Positions 41,736 through 52,227 of a stretch of 64,000 nt of DNA are shown here, piece after piece. The notes under the pieces are model-generated. The model searched no databases. It worked only from the letters and a program-made list of their open reading frames with translations, and was not told the DNA's origin. This stretch comes from Gemmatimonadota bacterium (GTDB taxonomy: Bacteria; Gemmatimonadota; Gemmatimonadetes; Gemmatimonadales; GWC2-71-9): the NCBI GenBank assembly GCA_029262195.1, contig JAJCZX010000024.1:1323-65322 (forward strand). The letters are read 5' to 3'. The translations under genes and the position numbers were made by a program. Position 1 is the stretch's first letter. Each line of letters opens with the position of its first letter.

Positions 41736-44700
41736 CGGACAACATCCGGGGGTCCGTAGCCTTTATGGTGCGCAACAAAGTTGCCGCCAATCTTCTCATG
41801 GTGTTTATCCTCGCTGCCGGTGTTGTGGCGATGGGCTCTCTGGTTCAAGAGGTGTTTCCAGAGTTTTCCCTGGACCGAATTCAGATCACCGTGCCCTATC
41901 CGGGGGCGTCTCCCGATGAAGTTGAAGAATCGATCGTACGGAAAATTGAGGAGCAGGTTGAAGGAGTCGATGACGTCAAAGAGATCACCTCTACTGCCGC
42001 GGAGGGTCAGGGAGTCGTCGTTATTGAGTTGAAGCTTGGCGCGGATGTTTCTCGTGCTCTTGACGACATCAAGGCTGAGGTCGACCGAATTCAGACCTTT
42101 CCCGTAGGTGCCGAACGTCCCGAAGTCAGAGAGATGACCAACAGGCAGAGTGTGATTCGGTTGGCCCTTTACGGAGACGTCTCCGAGCGCACCATCAAAG
42201 AGTTGGCCTACAGGACCGAAGACGAATTGTCGGCTCTCTCGGTTGTGTCCTACGTCGAAACGTCCGGGATTCGTGATTACGAAATTTCGATTGAAGTGCC
42301 TATTGCTCGACTCCGCGCCCTCGGACTAACTCTAGAAGATATAGCTAACTCAGTGAGGACAGGGTCGCTCGAACTGTCCGCAGGCAGCATCGACACGAGT
42401 GATGAAGAAGTTCGAATCCGCACACTAGGTCAGAACTACACCCAGCAGGATTTCGAGGAAATTGTGGTGCTCGCTCGTCCGAACGGGACGGTTGTTCGTC
42501 TGGGTGATATAGCCAGCGTCGATGATGGTTTTGAGGACGCAGATCTAGTCACGCTTTACAACGGACAACGAGCCGCGTTCGTCGAGGTTTATCGCACTTC
42601 GGACGAACGGGTGTTGGATATTGCGGATGCAGTGGAAATCCATCTCGCTGAGGTAATCGTGCCGGGCCTCCCCGAGGGTGTGGGCATGGAAATTTGGAAC
42701 AACGACGCCGAGATATTCAAGGACCGTATGTTCTTGTTACAGAAGAACGCAGTCCTGGGTCTGGCGCTGGTTATGATTGCATTAACCCTGTTTCTGGAGG
42801 TGCGGCTTGCCCTCTGGGTTGCAGTTGGGATTGGGGTGTCGTTTATCGGCACGTTTGCGGTGATGCAGATAATAGGGGTTTCGCTGAACATGCTCTCCCT
42901 TTTCGCCTTTATTCTGGCCGTAGGAATCGTCGTGGATGATGCCATCGTGGTGGGTGAGAACATATACGCCGAGCGGGAACGCGGAGCGGATGGCTTGACT
43001 GCGGCTATTCGCGGGACCAATCGGATCCAGGGCCCTGTGATCTTTGCGGTGTTAACAACGGTGACGGCTTTCGGACCATTGTTTTTTGTACCGGGGACGA
43101 TGGGCAAGATGATGTCGGCAATACCGGCGATCGTAATAACGGTCCTGTTGATTTCACTGATTGAGTCCCTGTACATCTTGCCCCATCACCTGTCCCACCT
43201 TTCCGAGTCTCACGCTGATCCAAAAAATACGCTCACCAGATTTTTGTCAAAGACGCATCGGAGGGTGGACGCAGCACTGAAACGGTTCACCAACGGGCCG
43301 CTGGATACAGGGTTAAAGTTTGCTACCGAGCAGCCGTCGGTGATCATTGCGGGAGGCATCGCGTTGATGATCTTATCAATTGCGATGGTTCCGGCGGGAA
43401 TAGTAAAGGTCGCTTTCTTCCCGGAAATTGAAGGCGATCTTGTTATCGCGAATCTTGAAATGCCCGAGGGTACTCCGGCCAGCCGAACGGCAGAGGTAAC
43501 GGAAAGATTGGAAGCAGCTGGTTATCGCGCCTTGGATGCCCTGGAAACTGGTCGGCCCGACGGGGCTCCTCCGCTCCTCCAGGCCACCAACATCACCGTA
43601 GGCGAGGGGGCCACGACCACAAACCCACTCGGATTGGGTGGATCAGGTCAACTTAGAGGCAATATCGGAGCGGTCGAGTTCAAACTTATTGGAGCTGAGG
43701 AACGAGAGGTTTCTGCAACGGCGTTCCAGCAAGCATGGCGTGAAGAGGTTGGACAGTTGCCCGAGGCCCGGGCGTTAACGTTTACTGCCAATCTGGTAGG
43801 GTTCGGACAGCCCGTGGATGTGGAACTCTCACATCCCGATCCCGAGTTGTTGATTGAAATCGGAGATGCTGTGGCCGCCCGATTAAACCAGTTCCAGGGT
43901 GTTTTCGACATCCAAACGGATCAGGACGCCGGGCTCAGAGAGTTGCAAATCGAGCTAAAAGCGGAGGCCACCACTCTTGGCCTAACGCTCGATCAGCTTG
44001 CGAGACAGGTTAGGTCTGCGTTCTTCGGTGTTGAGGCACTTCGGGTGCAGCGGGGCCGGGAGGATATTCGGGTCTATGTGCGTCTGCCTGATACCGAAAG
44101 GAATGCGATTGCCGACGTGGAGGGCTATCTGGTTCGCACTCCTACCGGAGCTGAGGTGCCGCTCGGGAGAGTCGCTTCGGTGGGCTACGGTAGCTCCCCT
44201 ACAACGATACGACGCACCGATGGTCAACGGGTTATTACCGTTACGGCAGATGTAAATACCGAAGTAGTTACGGGTCAGGAGGTCAACCGGCAGCTGCAGG
44301 AAGTGGTCCTTCCCGAGCTTGCCGGCGAGTACTTCGGGTTGACGTATGCCTTTGGAGGAGAGCAACAGGAGCAGCAGGAGTCCTTCGGAGCACTGGCGAA
44401 AGGGTTCATGCTGGCGTTGGTGGTTGTTTTCGCTTTGTTGGCCATTCCGTTCGGGTCCTATGTACAACCTCTCATCGTTATGGCAGCCATTCCGTTCGGA
44501 ATAATTGGCGCGGTACTTGGCCACCTCCTGCTGGGGTTGAGCGTCGGAATAATGTCCATGTTTGGAATTATTGGCCTGAGCGGCGTCGTCGTAAATGATT
44601 CCCTGGTGATGATCGATTTCATCAACGAGTTGAAGCGCAAAGGTGAAACTCCGAGGAATGCAATAATCCAGGGAGCGAAGGCCCGGTTCCGGCCCATAAT

Positions 44701-44932
44701 GCTCACCTCGTTGACGACGTTTCTGGGTGTGGCACCATTGGTCTTCGAAAGAAGTCTCCAGGCGCAATTCTTGATTCCTATGGCGGCATCTCTCGGGTTT
44801 GGAATCATCGCTGCCACCGGCGTACTCATGCTTATCGTCCCCTCCCTGGCGATGGTGCAATACAACATAGGGCACTGGAGGGAGACACGAAAAACAGTGA
44901 GGATGGAAGGGCAGCCCAATATCATCGCTTGA
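41732..44932 (+). CDS. RND efflux inner-membrane permease (AcrB/AcrD/AcrF family, 1066 aa)
   Basis: There is an ATGA overlap with the adaptor gene. The size fits a 12-TM RND pump, and the strings are typical (VVDDAIVVGENI, GLSGVVVNDSLVMIDF). Confidence 0.9.
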   Translation: MTDNIRGSVAFMVRNKVAANLLMVFILAAGVVAMGSLVQEVFPEFSLDRIQITVPYPGASPDEVEESIVRKIEEQVEGVDDVKEITSTAAEGQGVVVIELKLGADVSRALDDIKAEVDRIQTFPVGAERPEVREMTNRQSVIRLALYGDVSERTIKELAYRTEDELSALSVVSYVETSGIRDYEISIEVPIARLRALGLTLEDIANSVRTGSLELSAGSIDTSDEEVRIRTLGQNYTQQDFEEIVVLARPNGTVVRLGDIASVDDGFEDADLVTLYNGQRAAFVEVYRTSDERVLDIADAVEIHLAEVIVPGLPEGVGMEIWNNDAEIFKDRMFLLQKNAVLGLALVMIALTLFLEVRLALWVAVGIGVSFIGTFAVMQIIGVSLNMLSLFAFILAVGIVVDDAIVVGENIYAERERGADGLTAAIRGTNRIQGPVIFAVLTTVTAFGPLFFVPGTMGKMMSAIPAIVITVLLISLIESLYILPHHLSHLSESHADPKNTLTRFLSKTHRRVDAALKRFTNGPLDTGLKFATEQPSVIIAGGIALMILSIAMVPAGIVKVAFFPEIEGDLVIANLEMPEGTPASRTAEVTERLEAAGYRALDALETGRPDGAPPLLQATNITVGEGATTTNPLGLGGSGQLRGNIGAVEFKLIGAEEREVSATAFQQAWREEVGQLPEARALTFTANLVGFGQPVDVELSHPDPELLIEIGDAVAARLNQFQGVFDIQTDQDAGLRELQIELKAEATTLGLTLDQLARQVRSAFFGVEALRVQRGREDIRVYVRLPDTERNAIADVEGYLVRTPTGAEVPLGRVASVGYGSSPTTIRRTDGQRVITVTADVNTEVVTGQEVNRQLQEVVLPELAGEYFGLTYAFGGEQQEQQESFGALAKGFMLALVVVFALLAIPFGSYVQPLIVMAAIPFGIIGAVLGHLLLGLSVGIMSMFGIIGLSGVVVNDSLVMIDFINELKRKGETPRNAIIQGAKARFRPIMLTSLTTFLGVAPLVFERSLQAQFLIPMAASLGFGIIAATGVLMLIVPSLAMVQYNIGHWRETRKTVRMEGQPNIIA

Positions 44933-45114
44933 AGGAGAGGTGTGGTGCCGGTCCCTGTGGCTCAGATCTTCCGCACGTGGCCCCGGGGTGCTTCAGTTAG
45001 GTGAGAATGCCGTCAAGAAAACGACCTGAAACTGTCAGGCTGGGCTTGTCGCGGTTCATTCATTAGCTCGACTCCGCTACGTTGCCCGGCAATTGCTGAC
45101 GAAATGTTGATGAA

Positions 45115-46251
45115 ATGAAAAAGAACCTATCAGTTGCTGTCGGAGTGTTTTTGGTTGCCTCCCTGCCGGCATCTTCTTCGGAAGCCCAAATCCGATCCGA
45201 CTTGGCACTAGAACTCCTGGCCGCGGTAACCGACACCGCTGAGGTCTATTCTTTGAGAGGCGTTTCCGCTGCCGTGATCGTGCCGGGGCAGGGTATGTGG
45301 ACGGGTGTCTTCGGGATGTCAGATCCTGAAACATCGCTCAGCTCAGATATGCTAATTTCGGTCGCGAGTTTGACCAAGACCGTTACCGGCGCACTAATTC
45401 TCCAGCTAGCCGACCAGGGCGTCCTCAATCTCGACGACTCTATTGGGAACTGGTTGCCGGAACTACAAAATGTCCCTGGAAACGCATCAATCAGGCAGCT
45501 GCTAAATCACACAAGCGGAATAGGTAACTTCGGTGCTCATCCCGAACTCGGTCCAGCGATTTCTGCGGACCGTTCCAAAACGTGGACTCAATTGGAAATC
45601 GCCCGGTCCTTTATACCGGAACCACGGTTCGGAGTTGGTGAAGCCACTTTCTACTCGAATTCAAACATGCTTCTCCTCGGCATGATTGCCGACTCCGCGA
45701 CCGGTTCGACGTTGGCCGTCGAGTTTCGGCGTCGCTTCTGGAATCGACTGGGCTTAGAGGATGTATTCCTGATGAGTGATGAAGAACCCAGGGGAAATCT
45801 TGCCTCTTCCTGGGTTGGCCCAACGATCGAGGAGTTGTCCAGCGTCGGGCCACTCGATTCACCTTTTGGCCGGGCAGTAGGCTGGGGCGCTTTCGGGTTG
45901 AAAGCAACTCCCACTGATATGGCGGTCTGGGGAGAGGCTCTAATGAGCGGCCAATTGTTGAGCAAAAACATGACCGAGCAAATGTTAACAGCCGTAGCTC
46001 CTCCTGCTGGAAGGAACGTTGCCCTCGGTACCGGCGTCGGGCTGGGTCTAAGGCGTTACTCAGTGGCTGGTGTCGAAGTCTGGGGGCATAGTGGCGTGTT
46101 GGGCACGGCGACGTCTCTCTTGATCCGAGACCAGGCGACCGGCGTAACGGTGGTAACAGCCATCAACCAGTCTCCCCGAACGCAGCGCAATTCACACTTC
46201 CGGGTCGCCGGTGCTCTACTAAAACTTGCGAACGATTTCGTGGATCGGTGA
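45115..46251 (+). CDS. Beta-lactamase-related serine hydrolase (class C / PF00144-like, 378 aa), secreted
   Basis: It has a signal peptide, an SxxK motif (SLTKTVTG), a YxN motif (FYSNSN), and an HSG third motif. Confidence 0.8.
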   Translation: MKKNLSVAVGVFLVASLPASSSEAQIRSDLALELLAAVTDTAEVYSLRGVSAAVIVPGQGMWTGVFGMSDPETSLSSDMLISVASLTKTVTGALILQLADQGVLNLDDSIGNWLPELQNVPGNASIRQLLNHTSGIGNFGAHPELGPAISADRSKTWTQLEIARSFIPEPRFGVGEATFYSNSNMLLLGMIADSATGSTLAVEFRRRFWNRLGLEDVFLMSDEEPRGNLASSWVGPTIEELSSVGPLDSPFGRAVGWGAFGLKATPTDMAVWGEALMSGQLLSKNMTEQMLTAVAPPAGRNVALGTGVGLGLRRYSVAGVEVWGHSGVLGTATSLLIRDQATGVTVVTAINQSPRTQRNSHFRVAGALLKLANDFVDR

Positions 46252-46443
46252 CCCAGGCTTGTTTGCGTTGCGCGTTGCAATTCTAGCTTAAGACCTTGTT
46301 TATGGGTGAACGACTTCCTCCGGGACAGCGCTCACGGCGGAAATAACTCGTCGAATTTCGCAGTTCGCTCCGACGTGACCGCAGTTGTTATCGAGTAATA
46401 GCAGCTCAGCGCCGGTGATTAGATTGGCGATCTACTGACGACG

Positions 46444-46881
46444 CTACCTCGATTTGGGCATTGGAATCACGAGGACCGGATGTTTGGCTTGACGGATGAT
46501 GGCGGCCGAAACGCTACCAACTAAAAGGTCATATGTTGCTCCGTGCCCGTGCGACCCTACGACCACAATGTCTGGCTTCATTTCGTCGGCGTGCGCCAGT
46601 ACGGTCTGTATTATCGGACCCCGGAGTAACAGCGGGGTGATGTTTACTGAAGCGCGTTCAAGGAAGTTCCCCATCTTTTGGAGCGACTTGAGTTCCTTGT
46701 GCCACTTTTCCCTTTTGGGGTCCAGTACGATCGGACGACCCGCGATGGCCGGGTCCGGTGCCACTACGTGCAACAACGTGACTTCGTGTTTGTCTCCGGC
46801 CAGGAGTTGTTTGACGCCTTCCAACGTAGGCTCCGAAACATCAGAGAAATCGATAGCCACCAGAACCTTCATTCTGCTCAC
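46444..46881 (-). CDS. Universal stress protein (UspA family, 145 aa)
   Basis: VLVAIDFSDVSEPTL ... DIVVVGSHGHGATYDLLVGSVSAAIIRQAKHPVLVI is the typical Usp ATP-binding C-terminus. Confidence 0.85.
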   Translation of the reverse strand: MSRMKVLVAIDFSDVSEPTLEGVKQLLAGDKHEVTLLHVVAPDPAIAGRPIVLDPKREKWHKELKSLQKMGNFLERASVNITPLLLRGPIIQTVLAHADEMKPDIVVVGSHGHGATYDLLVGSVSAAIIRQAKHPVLVIPMPKSR

Positions 46882-47067
46882 TCCGTTTGCGTTATTTTGT
46901 CATCATCGTAGGCAACAAACCGCTCGGTCCACCGCGCCTTCTAAACCACCCCGTCAATTCGCCCACCTTCCCATCATCATATTCCAAAGTCCAATGTACT
47001 GGAAGGCCTGCTGTTTGGGTGGATAACCGGAATGCAGGTCGAACTCCGTCAGTTTAGATTGTCTCCC

Positions 47068-49035
47068 ATGATTTCTGTATCAAATCTTGAGAAAACCTTC
47101 GGAGACCGGACCCTGTTTGGTGGGGTGTCCTTCCAACTCAATCCCGGCGAGCGTTACGGCCTGGTGGGCGCCAACGGCTCTGGCAAGACGACATTGCTTC
47201 GCGTCCTGAGTGGTGACCTGCCCCCGGACGAAGGCTCTGTTTCGCTTCCCAAAAGAGTCAGGCTGGGGGTTTTGCTCCAGGACCAGTTTGCGTTTGAGGA
47301 TCAAGAGGTTATTGGTGTGGCACTGCAGGGACAGCCGGAACTCTGGGAGGCGATGCACGCCAAGGAACAGTTGTTAGCCCATGCTGGCGACGATTTCGAC
47401 CCTGACCGCTTTGCTGAACTGGAGGAAACAGTCCAACGTCTGGATGGCTATACCGCCGAGGCACGGGCAGCGACGATTCTGGAGGGCCTGGGCATCCCGG
47501 CGGACGTTCATCGCAACGCTATTTCCACTCTATCGGGCGGTTTTCGTTTGCGCGTGCTACTGGCTCAGGTGTTGGCGAGCAATCCTGACGTCGTGTTGCT
47601 GGATGAGCCGACAAATCACCTCGACATCCTGTCGATACGATGGTTGGAGAAATTTCTTCGGGAATATGAGGGAACGGTTCTTGTCATATCTCATGATCAC
47701 CGGTTCCTCGACAACGTTGCGACAACCATACTGGATGTCGACTACGACACGGTCACGTCATACACCGGAAATTATAGCGATTTCCTTCGCGCCAAAGTCG
47801 CTGAACGAGAACGCCGTACCAAGGACCTTGCGACGCGCGAGCGGGAGATAGCCCACCACCAAAAATTCGTGGATCGTTTCAAAGCTAAAGCCAGCAAGGC
47901 CCGCCAGGCGCAAAGCAAAGCACGGATGATCGAAAAAAAGTCCGAGGATCTAGAAGAATTGCCGCAGAGTTCTCGGCGGTATCCGCGTTTCCGGTTTGAG
48001 CAGCAACGCGACAGCGGACGTGATGTCCTCACCGTCAAAGGGGTGAGTAAAGCCTTTGGAGACAACGAGGTTCTGAACGATGTTGAACTTTCAGTGGGAC
48101 GCGGTGAGCGTGTGGCAATAATGGGTCCAAACGGGATTGGCAAGTCGACGCTATTGAAGATTGTGATGGGCAAGCTCGACCCTGATGCGGGGAATGTGAA
48201 ATGGGGATATGAAACACACCCGTCATATTTCGCACAGGACCACAAGGAGGATTTTGATTCAGGGAAGGGCACGGCAGAGGAATGGGTGTGGAAGTCCTGT
48301 CCCGACCGGGATTACGGGTATGTGCGGGGTGCGATGGGGATGGTTCTCTTCTCAGGGGATGACGGGAAGAAGCGGCTCAGTACTCTTTCGGGAGGGGAGG
48401 CGGCCCGGCTGGTTTTTTCGAAACTAAGTATTGAACGCCCCAATGTTTTGGTCCTCGATGAGCCTACCAATCACCTCGACCTTGAATCCATCGAAGCGTT
48501 GGTCCAGGGACTCCAGAACTATGACGGTACTTTGATACTCGTCTCCCATGATCGCTGGTTCGTTAGTCAGCTGGCGACGAGAGTGATTGAAATTCGAGCG
48601 GATGGGATAACTGATTATCTGGGAACCTACGACGAGTACGTCCATGCGTGCGGCGATGACCACCTCGATGCCGATAGAGTCGTTTTAAAGGCCAGGGCGG
48701 CAAAGAAGAAGGAAAAATCGAAGTCCGAGACTCCGGTTCTCAAGCGGCCGTCTCCGTCGACTATGAAGAGGGAATTAGACAAACTCGGTGGGCGGTTACC
48801 GGCTGTCACTAAGAAGATCGAAGCGGCCGAAGTTCGACGGCAAGAGATAGATGAAATTTTCTGTCAGCCGGATTACTTCACCAGTACGCTACCCGACGAG
48901 GTGCGTCTTTTGGAAGAAGAACTCCGAGTGCTCCGCGAAGAAACGGCTGAACTAATGGCTGAGTGGGAGTCCATCGAAAGTGAAGCCGAAGAACTCCAGG
49001 AGTTGTTGAGAAGGACCGACGGCAGCAATGGCTGA
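47068..49035 (+). CDS. ABC-F family ATPase (two ABC domains plus a C-terminal coiled coil, 655 aa)
   Basis: Walker A occurs twice (GANGSGKTT; GPNGIGKST), the signature motif twice (LSGGFRL; LSGGEAAR), and Walker B twice (VLLDEPTNHLD twice). There are no TM segments. The start ATG at 47068 (MISVSNLEKTFG) is preferred over 47032. Confidence 0.9.
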   Translation: MISVSNLEKTFGDRTLFGGVSFQLNPGERYGLVGANGSGKTTLLRVLSGDLPPDEGSVSLPKRVRLGVLLQDQFAFEDQEVIGVALQGQPELWEAMHAKEQLLAHAGDDFDPDRFAELEETVQRLDGYTAEARAATILEGLGIPADVHRNAISTLSGGFRLRVLLAQVLASNPDVVLLDEPTNHLDILSIRWLEKFLREYEGTVLVISHDHRFLDNVATTILDVDYDTVTSYTGNYSDFLRAKVAERERRTKDLATREREIAHHQKFVDRFKAKASKARQAQSKARMIEKKSEDLEELPQSSRRYPRFRFEQQRDSGRDVLTVKGVSKAFGDNEVLNDVELSVGRGERVAIMGPNGIGKSTLLKIVMGKLDPDAGNVKWGYETHPSYFAQDHKEDFDSGKGTAEEWVWKSCPDRDYGYVRGAMGMVLFSGDDGKKRLSTLSGGEAARLVFSKLSIERPNVLVLDEPTNHLDLESIEALVQGLQNYDGTLILVSHDRWFVSQLATRVIEIRADGITDYLGTYDEYVHACGDDHLDADRVVLKARAAKKKEKSKSETPVLKRPSPSTMKRELDKLGGRLPAVTKKIEAAEVRRQEIDEIFCQPDYFTSTLPDEVRLLEEELRVLREETAELMAEWESIESEAEELQELLRRTDGSNG

Positions 49036-49069
49036 CCTTCTATTATCCTGCAAAGTGCCCAATATTTGA

Positions 49070-50377
49070 GTGGCTATGGCGAAACATCCAAAACTACTAA
49101 TCGTTGGCGGAGGTTTCGGCGGGCTTGCCGTCGCCAGGGCAATGGCCCGGGAACCGGTTGAAATTGTTCTGGTCGATCGGCACAACTACCATCTTTTCCA
49201 ACCCCTCCTGTATCAGGTTGCCACCGCCGCTCTCTCTCCAGCAGAGATAGCGGCACCGATACGTCGGATATTGCGGTCTCAAGAAAACGTAGAAGTGCGG
49301 CTTGCGGAGGTGACCACAGTTGACGTCGTTGGGAAAACCGTCACGCTCCAGATTCCTGGTGGAGGCCAACTGCTCGAATCGTTCGACTACCTGGTGCTCG
49401 CAGCCGGAGCCACTCATTCCTATTTTGGCAACGACGGTTGGGCGCGGTGGGCACCTGGCTTGAAAACAGTTGATGATGCGCTCGAAATAAGGCGTCAGGT
49501 CCTCGCGGCTTTTGAAGCCGCGGAGCTTGAAGAACAAGAGCAGGAACGTCGCGCCAAACTTACCTTCGTCGTTGTAGGTGGTGGTCCCACTGGTGTGGAA
49601 CTGGCCGGAGCGCTACGGGAGATCGCTGTGGAGTCAATCCCGGCAGATTTCCGAAGGGTCGATACGAAAACTGCCAGAATCGTGGTGGTTGAAGGCCAGG
49701 ATCGATTGTTACCGACGATGTCTGCCTGCGCCTCCGGTCGGGCGCTGAAAGATCTAACGGCGATGGGAGTCGAGGTGAAACTAAACACCCTCGTGACAGA
49801 GGTGACCGACTCCGGAGTCGTGTTTGAAGGAAAGTTGCTACCAGCGTCGAATGTAATCTGGGCAGCAGGTGTCAAAGCCTCCGGGTTAGGGGCTCAACTG
49901 GGGGCCGAATTGGATCACGTCGGGCGAGTGAAAGCGCTACCGGATTGCTCCCTGCCAGGCCGCCCCCACGTTTTTGCAATTGGAGACATGGCCTGTCTTG
50001 CAGATCCCCAAACCGGGCTGCAGGTACCCGGGATGGCTCAAGGGGCGATGCAGATGGGGGCCTTTGTTGGACGCACGATTGCCGACGAACTGAAGGGTGT
50101 GGAGTCGCGCGGGACCTTCCACTATCGTGACAAAGGGAGTATGGCCACCATAGGTAAGGCCAGGGCGGTGGTGGATATGGGTCGATTGTTTCTGGCGGGC
50201 TTGCCGGCCTGGCTTTTCTGGTGTTTCCTCCACGTCTTCTTTTTGATTGGGTTCAAAAACAAGATTGTAGTGATGCTCTCGTGGGCCTGGACCTACGTCG
50301 TCCACTCGCGCGGTGCAAGGTTGATAACGCGAGATCCGCGGTCAACAAACGCTCACGACCCGGATATTAGCCGTTAG
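49070..50377 (+). CDS. Type II NADH dehydrogenase (NDH-2, FAD-dependent pyridine nucleotide-disulfide oxidoreductase, 435 aa)
   Basis: It has two dinucleotide-binding motifs (LLIVGGGFGGLAVA; FVVVGGGPTGVELAG) plus AIGD, and a C-terminal membrane-anchoring helix. The start is GTG at 49070 or ATG at 49076. Confidence 0.85.
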   Translation: MAMAKHPKLLIVGGGFGGLAVARAMAREPVEIVLVDRHNYHLFQPLLYQVATAALSPAEIAAPIRRILRSQENVEVRLAEVTTVDVVGKTVTLQIPGGGQLLESFDYLVLAAGATHSYFGNDGWARWAPGLKTVDDALEIRRQVLAAFEAAELEEQEQERRAKLTFVVVGGGPTGVELAGALREIAVESIPADFRRVDTKTARIVVVEGQDRLLPTMSACASGRALKDLTAMGVEVKLNTLVTEVTDSGVVFEGKLLPASNVIWAAGVKASGLGAQLGAELDHVGRVKALPDCSLPGRPHVFAIGDMACLADPQTGLQVPGMAQGAMQMGAFVGRTIADELKGVESRGTFHYRDKGSMATIGKARAVVDMGRLFLAGLPAWLFWCFLHVFFLIGFKNKIVVMLSWAWTYVVHSRGARLITRDPRSTNAHDPDISR

Positions 50378-50471
50378 GCTCATGTTATCTAACGGATCTC
50401 ACGCCATTTCCCTATTGTAAAGGTGGGATCCTGAGTGATCCCTATTCTTCGCCCTACGGAGGAAGTCAAAA

Positions 50472-50996
50472 ATGCCTAAGCTCACCCTTGTCGCCGTTCT
50501 GGCCGGATTGACGTTGTCCGGTTGTGATTCACCGAATCCGATGGCAATACCTGATGGTTCTGCGAGGGAGCCTGAAGCGGCACCCACTTCGGGATTGAAA
50601 ATCGAAAACGCGATCTTGACGATTAGCAATTTAGCGCAGACAACCGTCACTGAACTGGGCGCAGATGAATTCAATTTCCTTTTTCTGTGGGTGAATGACC
50701 TGGGCCTTTTTGTTATCGGGGTCGATGGACCAACGTTCGCTGAAGAGGCAGGTTCGTTCGCTGGCAAGACGCTGGAGTTCTCCTGCGCGGGAACCGATGT
50801 CAGCTTTGTCAACGAGACGCGAGCCATATTGAACGGCGGTGAAAACCGACCTGCTCTGGTGACCTTTTTCAGAAATTTTAACATGGGTTCTTCCGACGAA
50901 CGTCCGCCGGATCTCGTGCTAGGTGTGGTGGAGGTTTTTAAACAAATTCCGGGCTTCGAAGAACGTAACCTGCCTCCGGAGTCTTGTTCACATTGA
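50472..50996 (+). CDS. Lipoprotein of unknown function (174 aa)
   Basis: It has a canonical lipobox, MPKLTLVAVLAGLTLSGC. The 200-aa antisense ORF at 50399-51001 is Ser/Arg-rich and is judged a shadow. Confidence 0.65.
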   Translation: MPKLTLVAVLAGLTLSGCDSPNPMAIPDGSAREPEAAPTSGLKIENAILTISNLAQTTVTELGADEFNFLFLWVNDLGLFVIGVDGPTFAEEAGSFAGKTLEFSCAGTDVSFVNETRAILNGGENRPALVTFFRNFNMGSSDERPPDLVLGVVEVFKQIPGFEERNLPPESCSH

Positions 50997-50999
50997 GTC

Positions 51000-51037
51000 A
51001 AAAAGGGCCGCCGTTCGTTCGGGACGCCAGCCCTTTT
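51000..51037. terminator. Putative bidirectional intrinsic terminator between convergent genes
   Basis: The sequence is AAAAAGGGC (51000-51008) ... GCCCTTTT (51030-51037), a GC stem flanked by an A-run and a T-run. It lies between the lipoprotein gene (+) and cysK (-). The inner part of the stem is imperfect. Confidence 0.45.
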
Positions 51038-51043
51038 GCTGAT

Positions 51044-51997
51044 TTAACTCGCCAGCGTGGTAACGTCGTCTGAACCCTCCGGTATCGAGTCGAAAAGCGG
51101 AGTGGTCAAATAACGCTCACCCGTATCCGGAAGCATCGCCAGGATAGCTGAGCCCTTGTCTGCTTTCTCCGCTACCTTGAGTGCGGCGGCGAATGTACCG
51201 CCCGCCGAAATCCCACAAAAGATTCCTTCTCGACTCGCAAGTGCCTGGGCGGTGTTGATCGCCTCGTCGTCGCTAACAAGAACGATTTCATCTGCAACGG
51301 ATGTATCCAAAACCTCGGGCAGAAAATCCGGTACCCAGCCCTGAATCTTATGGGATTGCCACTCGTTGCCACTCATCATAGCGGCTACCTCTGGTTCGGT
51401 AGCGATGACTTTTAATTCGGGGCGAGCGTGTTTGAGCATTTGTCCGGCGCCGGTAATCGTTCCTCCGGTTCCCCAACCCGAAACGAAGTAATCCAGTCTC
51501 TGGTTGGCGAAGTCGCGCAGTATCTCGGGACCTGTCGTGTTGCGGTGATAACGCGGGTTGGCCGGGTTTTCGAACTGCTGCGCGAGGAACCAACCGTTCT
51601 TGTCCGCCAGCTCCCGGGCGAGTTTGACCATGCCCGAGCCCCGTTCGGCGGCAGGGGTCAGGATCACTTTCGCACCCATCATTCGCATCAATCGACGGCG
51701 CTCGACGGAAAAACTGTCGGCCATTATTGCAACGAAGGGATAGCCCTTGGCGGCACAAACCATAGCAAGCGCGATTCCTGTGTTTCCGGAGGTTGCCTCG
51801 ATAACGGTCTGGCCGGGCTTCAGAATCCCTCTGGACTCGGCGTCATCAATGATGGCCAACGCTAGTCGGTCTTTGACCGACGCCATGGGGTTGAATGCTT
51901 CGACTTTGACGTACATCTCGGTGTGGTCGGGACCAAGGTGGTTGATGCGGACGATCGGAGTGTTTCCTATGGTTCCGAGGATGTTATCGTAGATCAT
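51044..51997 (-). CDS. cysK: Cysteine synthase A (O-acetylserine sulfhydrylase, 317 aa)
   Basis: It has the PLP-lysine motif NPMASVKDR, the substrate loop TSGNTGIALA, and the GTGGTITG glycine loop. It is full-length relative to typical CysK. Confidence 0.9.
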   Translation of the reverse strand: MIYDNILGTIGNTPIVRINHLGPDHTEMYVKVEAFNPMASVKDRLALAIIDDAESRGILKPGQTVIEATSGNTGIALAMVCAAKGYPFVAIMADSFSVERRRLMRMMGAKVILTPAAERGSGMVKLARELADKNGWFLAQQFENPANPRYHRNTTGPEILRDFANQRLDYFVSGWGTGGTITGAGQMLKHARPELKVIATEPEVAAMMSGNEWQSHKIQGWVPDFLPEVLDTSVADEIVLVSDDEAINTAQALASREGIFCGISAGGTFAAALKVAEKADKGSAILAMLPDTGERYLTTPLFDSIPEGSDDVTTLAS

Positions 51998-52227
51998 TGT
52001 TTCAAGCTCTCCAGCGTTCGTTTGTTGCTGTGTCGACGGAAAGGGTTCCGGCGACCGCGGGTTTGGTCTGTTGGCGGGGAAGGCGCAAGAAAGAAAGAAA
52101 ATGGATCATCGCCTTATTTCCAAATTGAACGGTAGAATATCTGAGGCGTTGTTGACCGCGTGGCACCTGACGTGTGAGCAAGGGTATTGATGGGCTACGC
52201 GGAATCTGATCTGAAACGGATGAGAAA

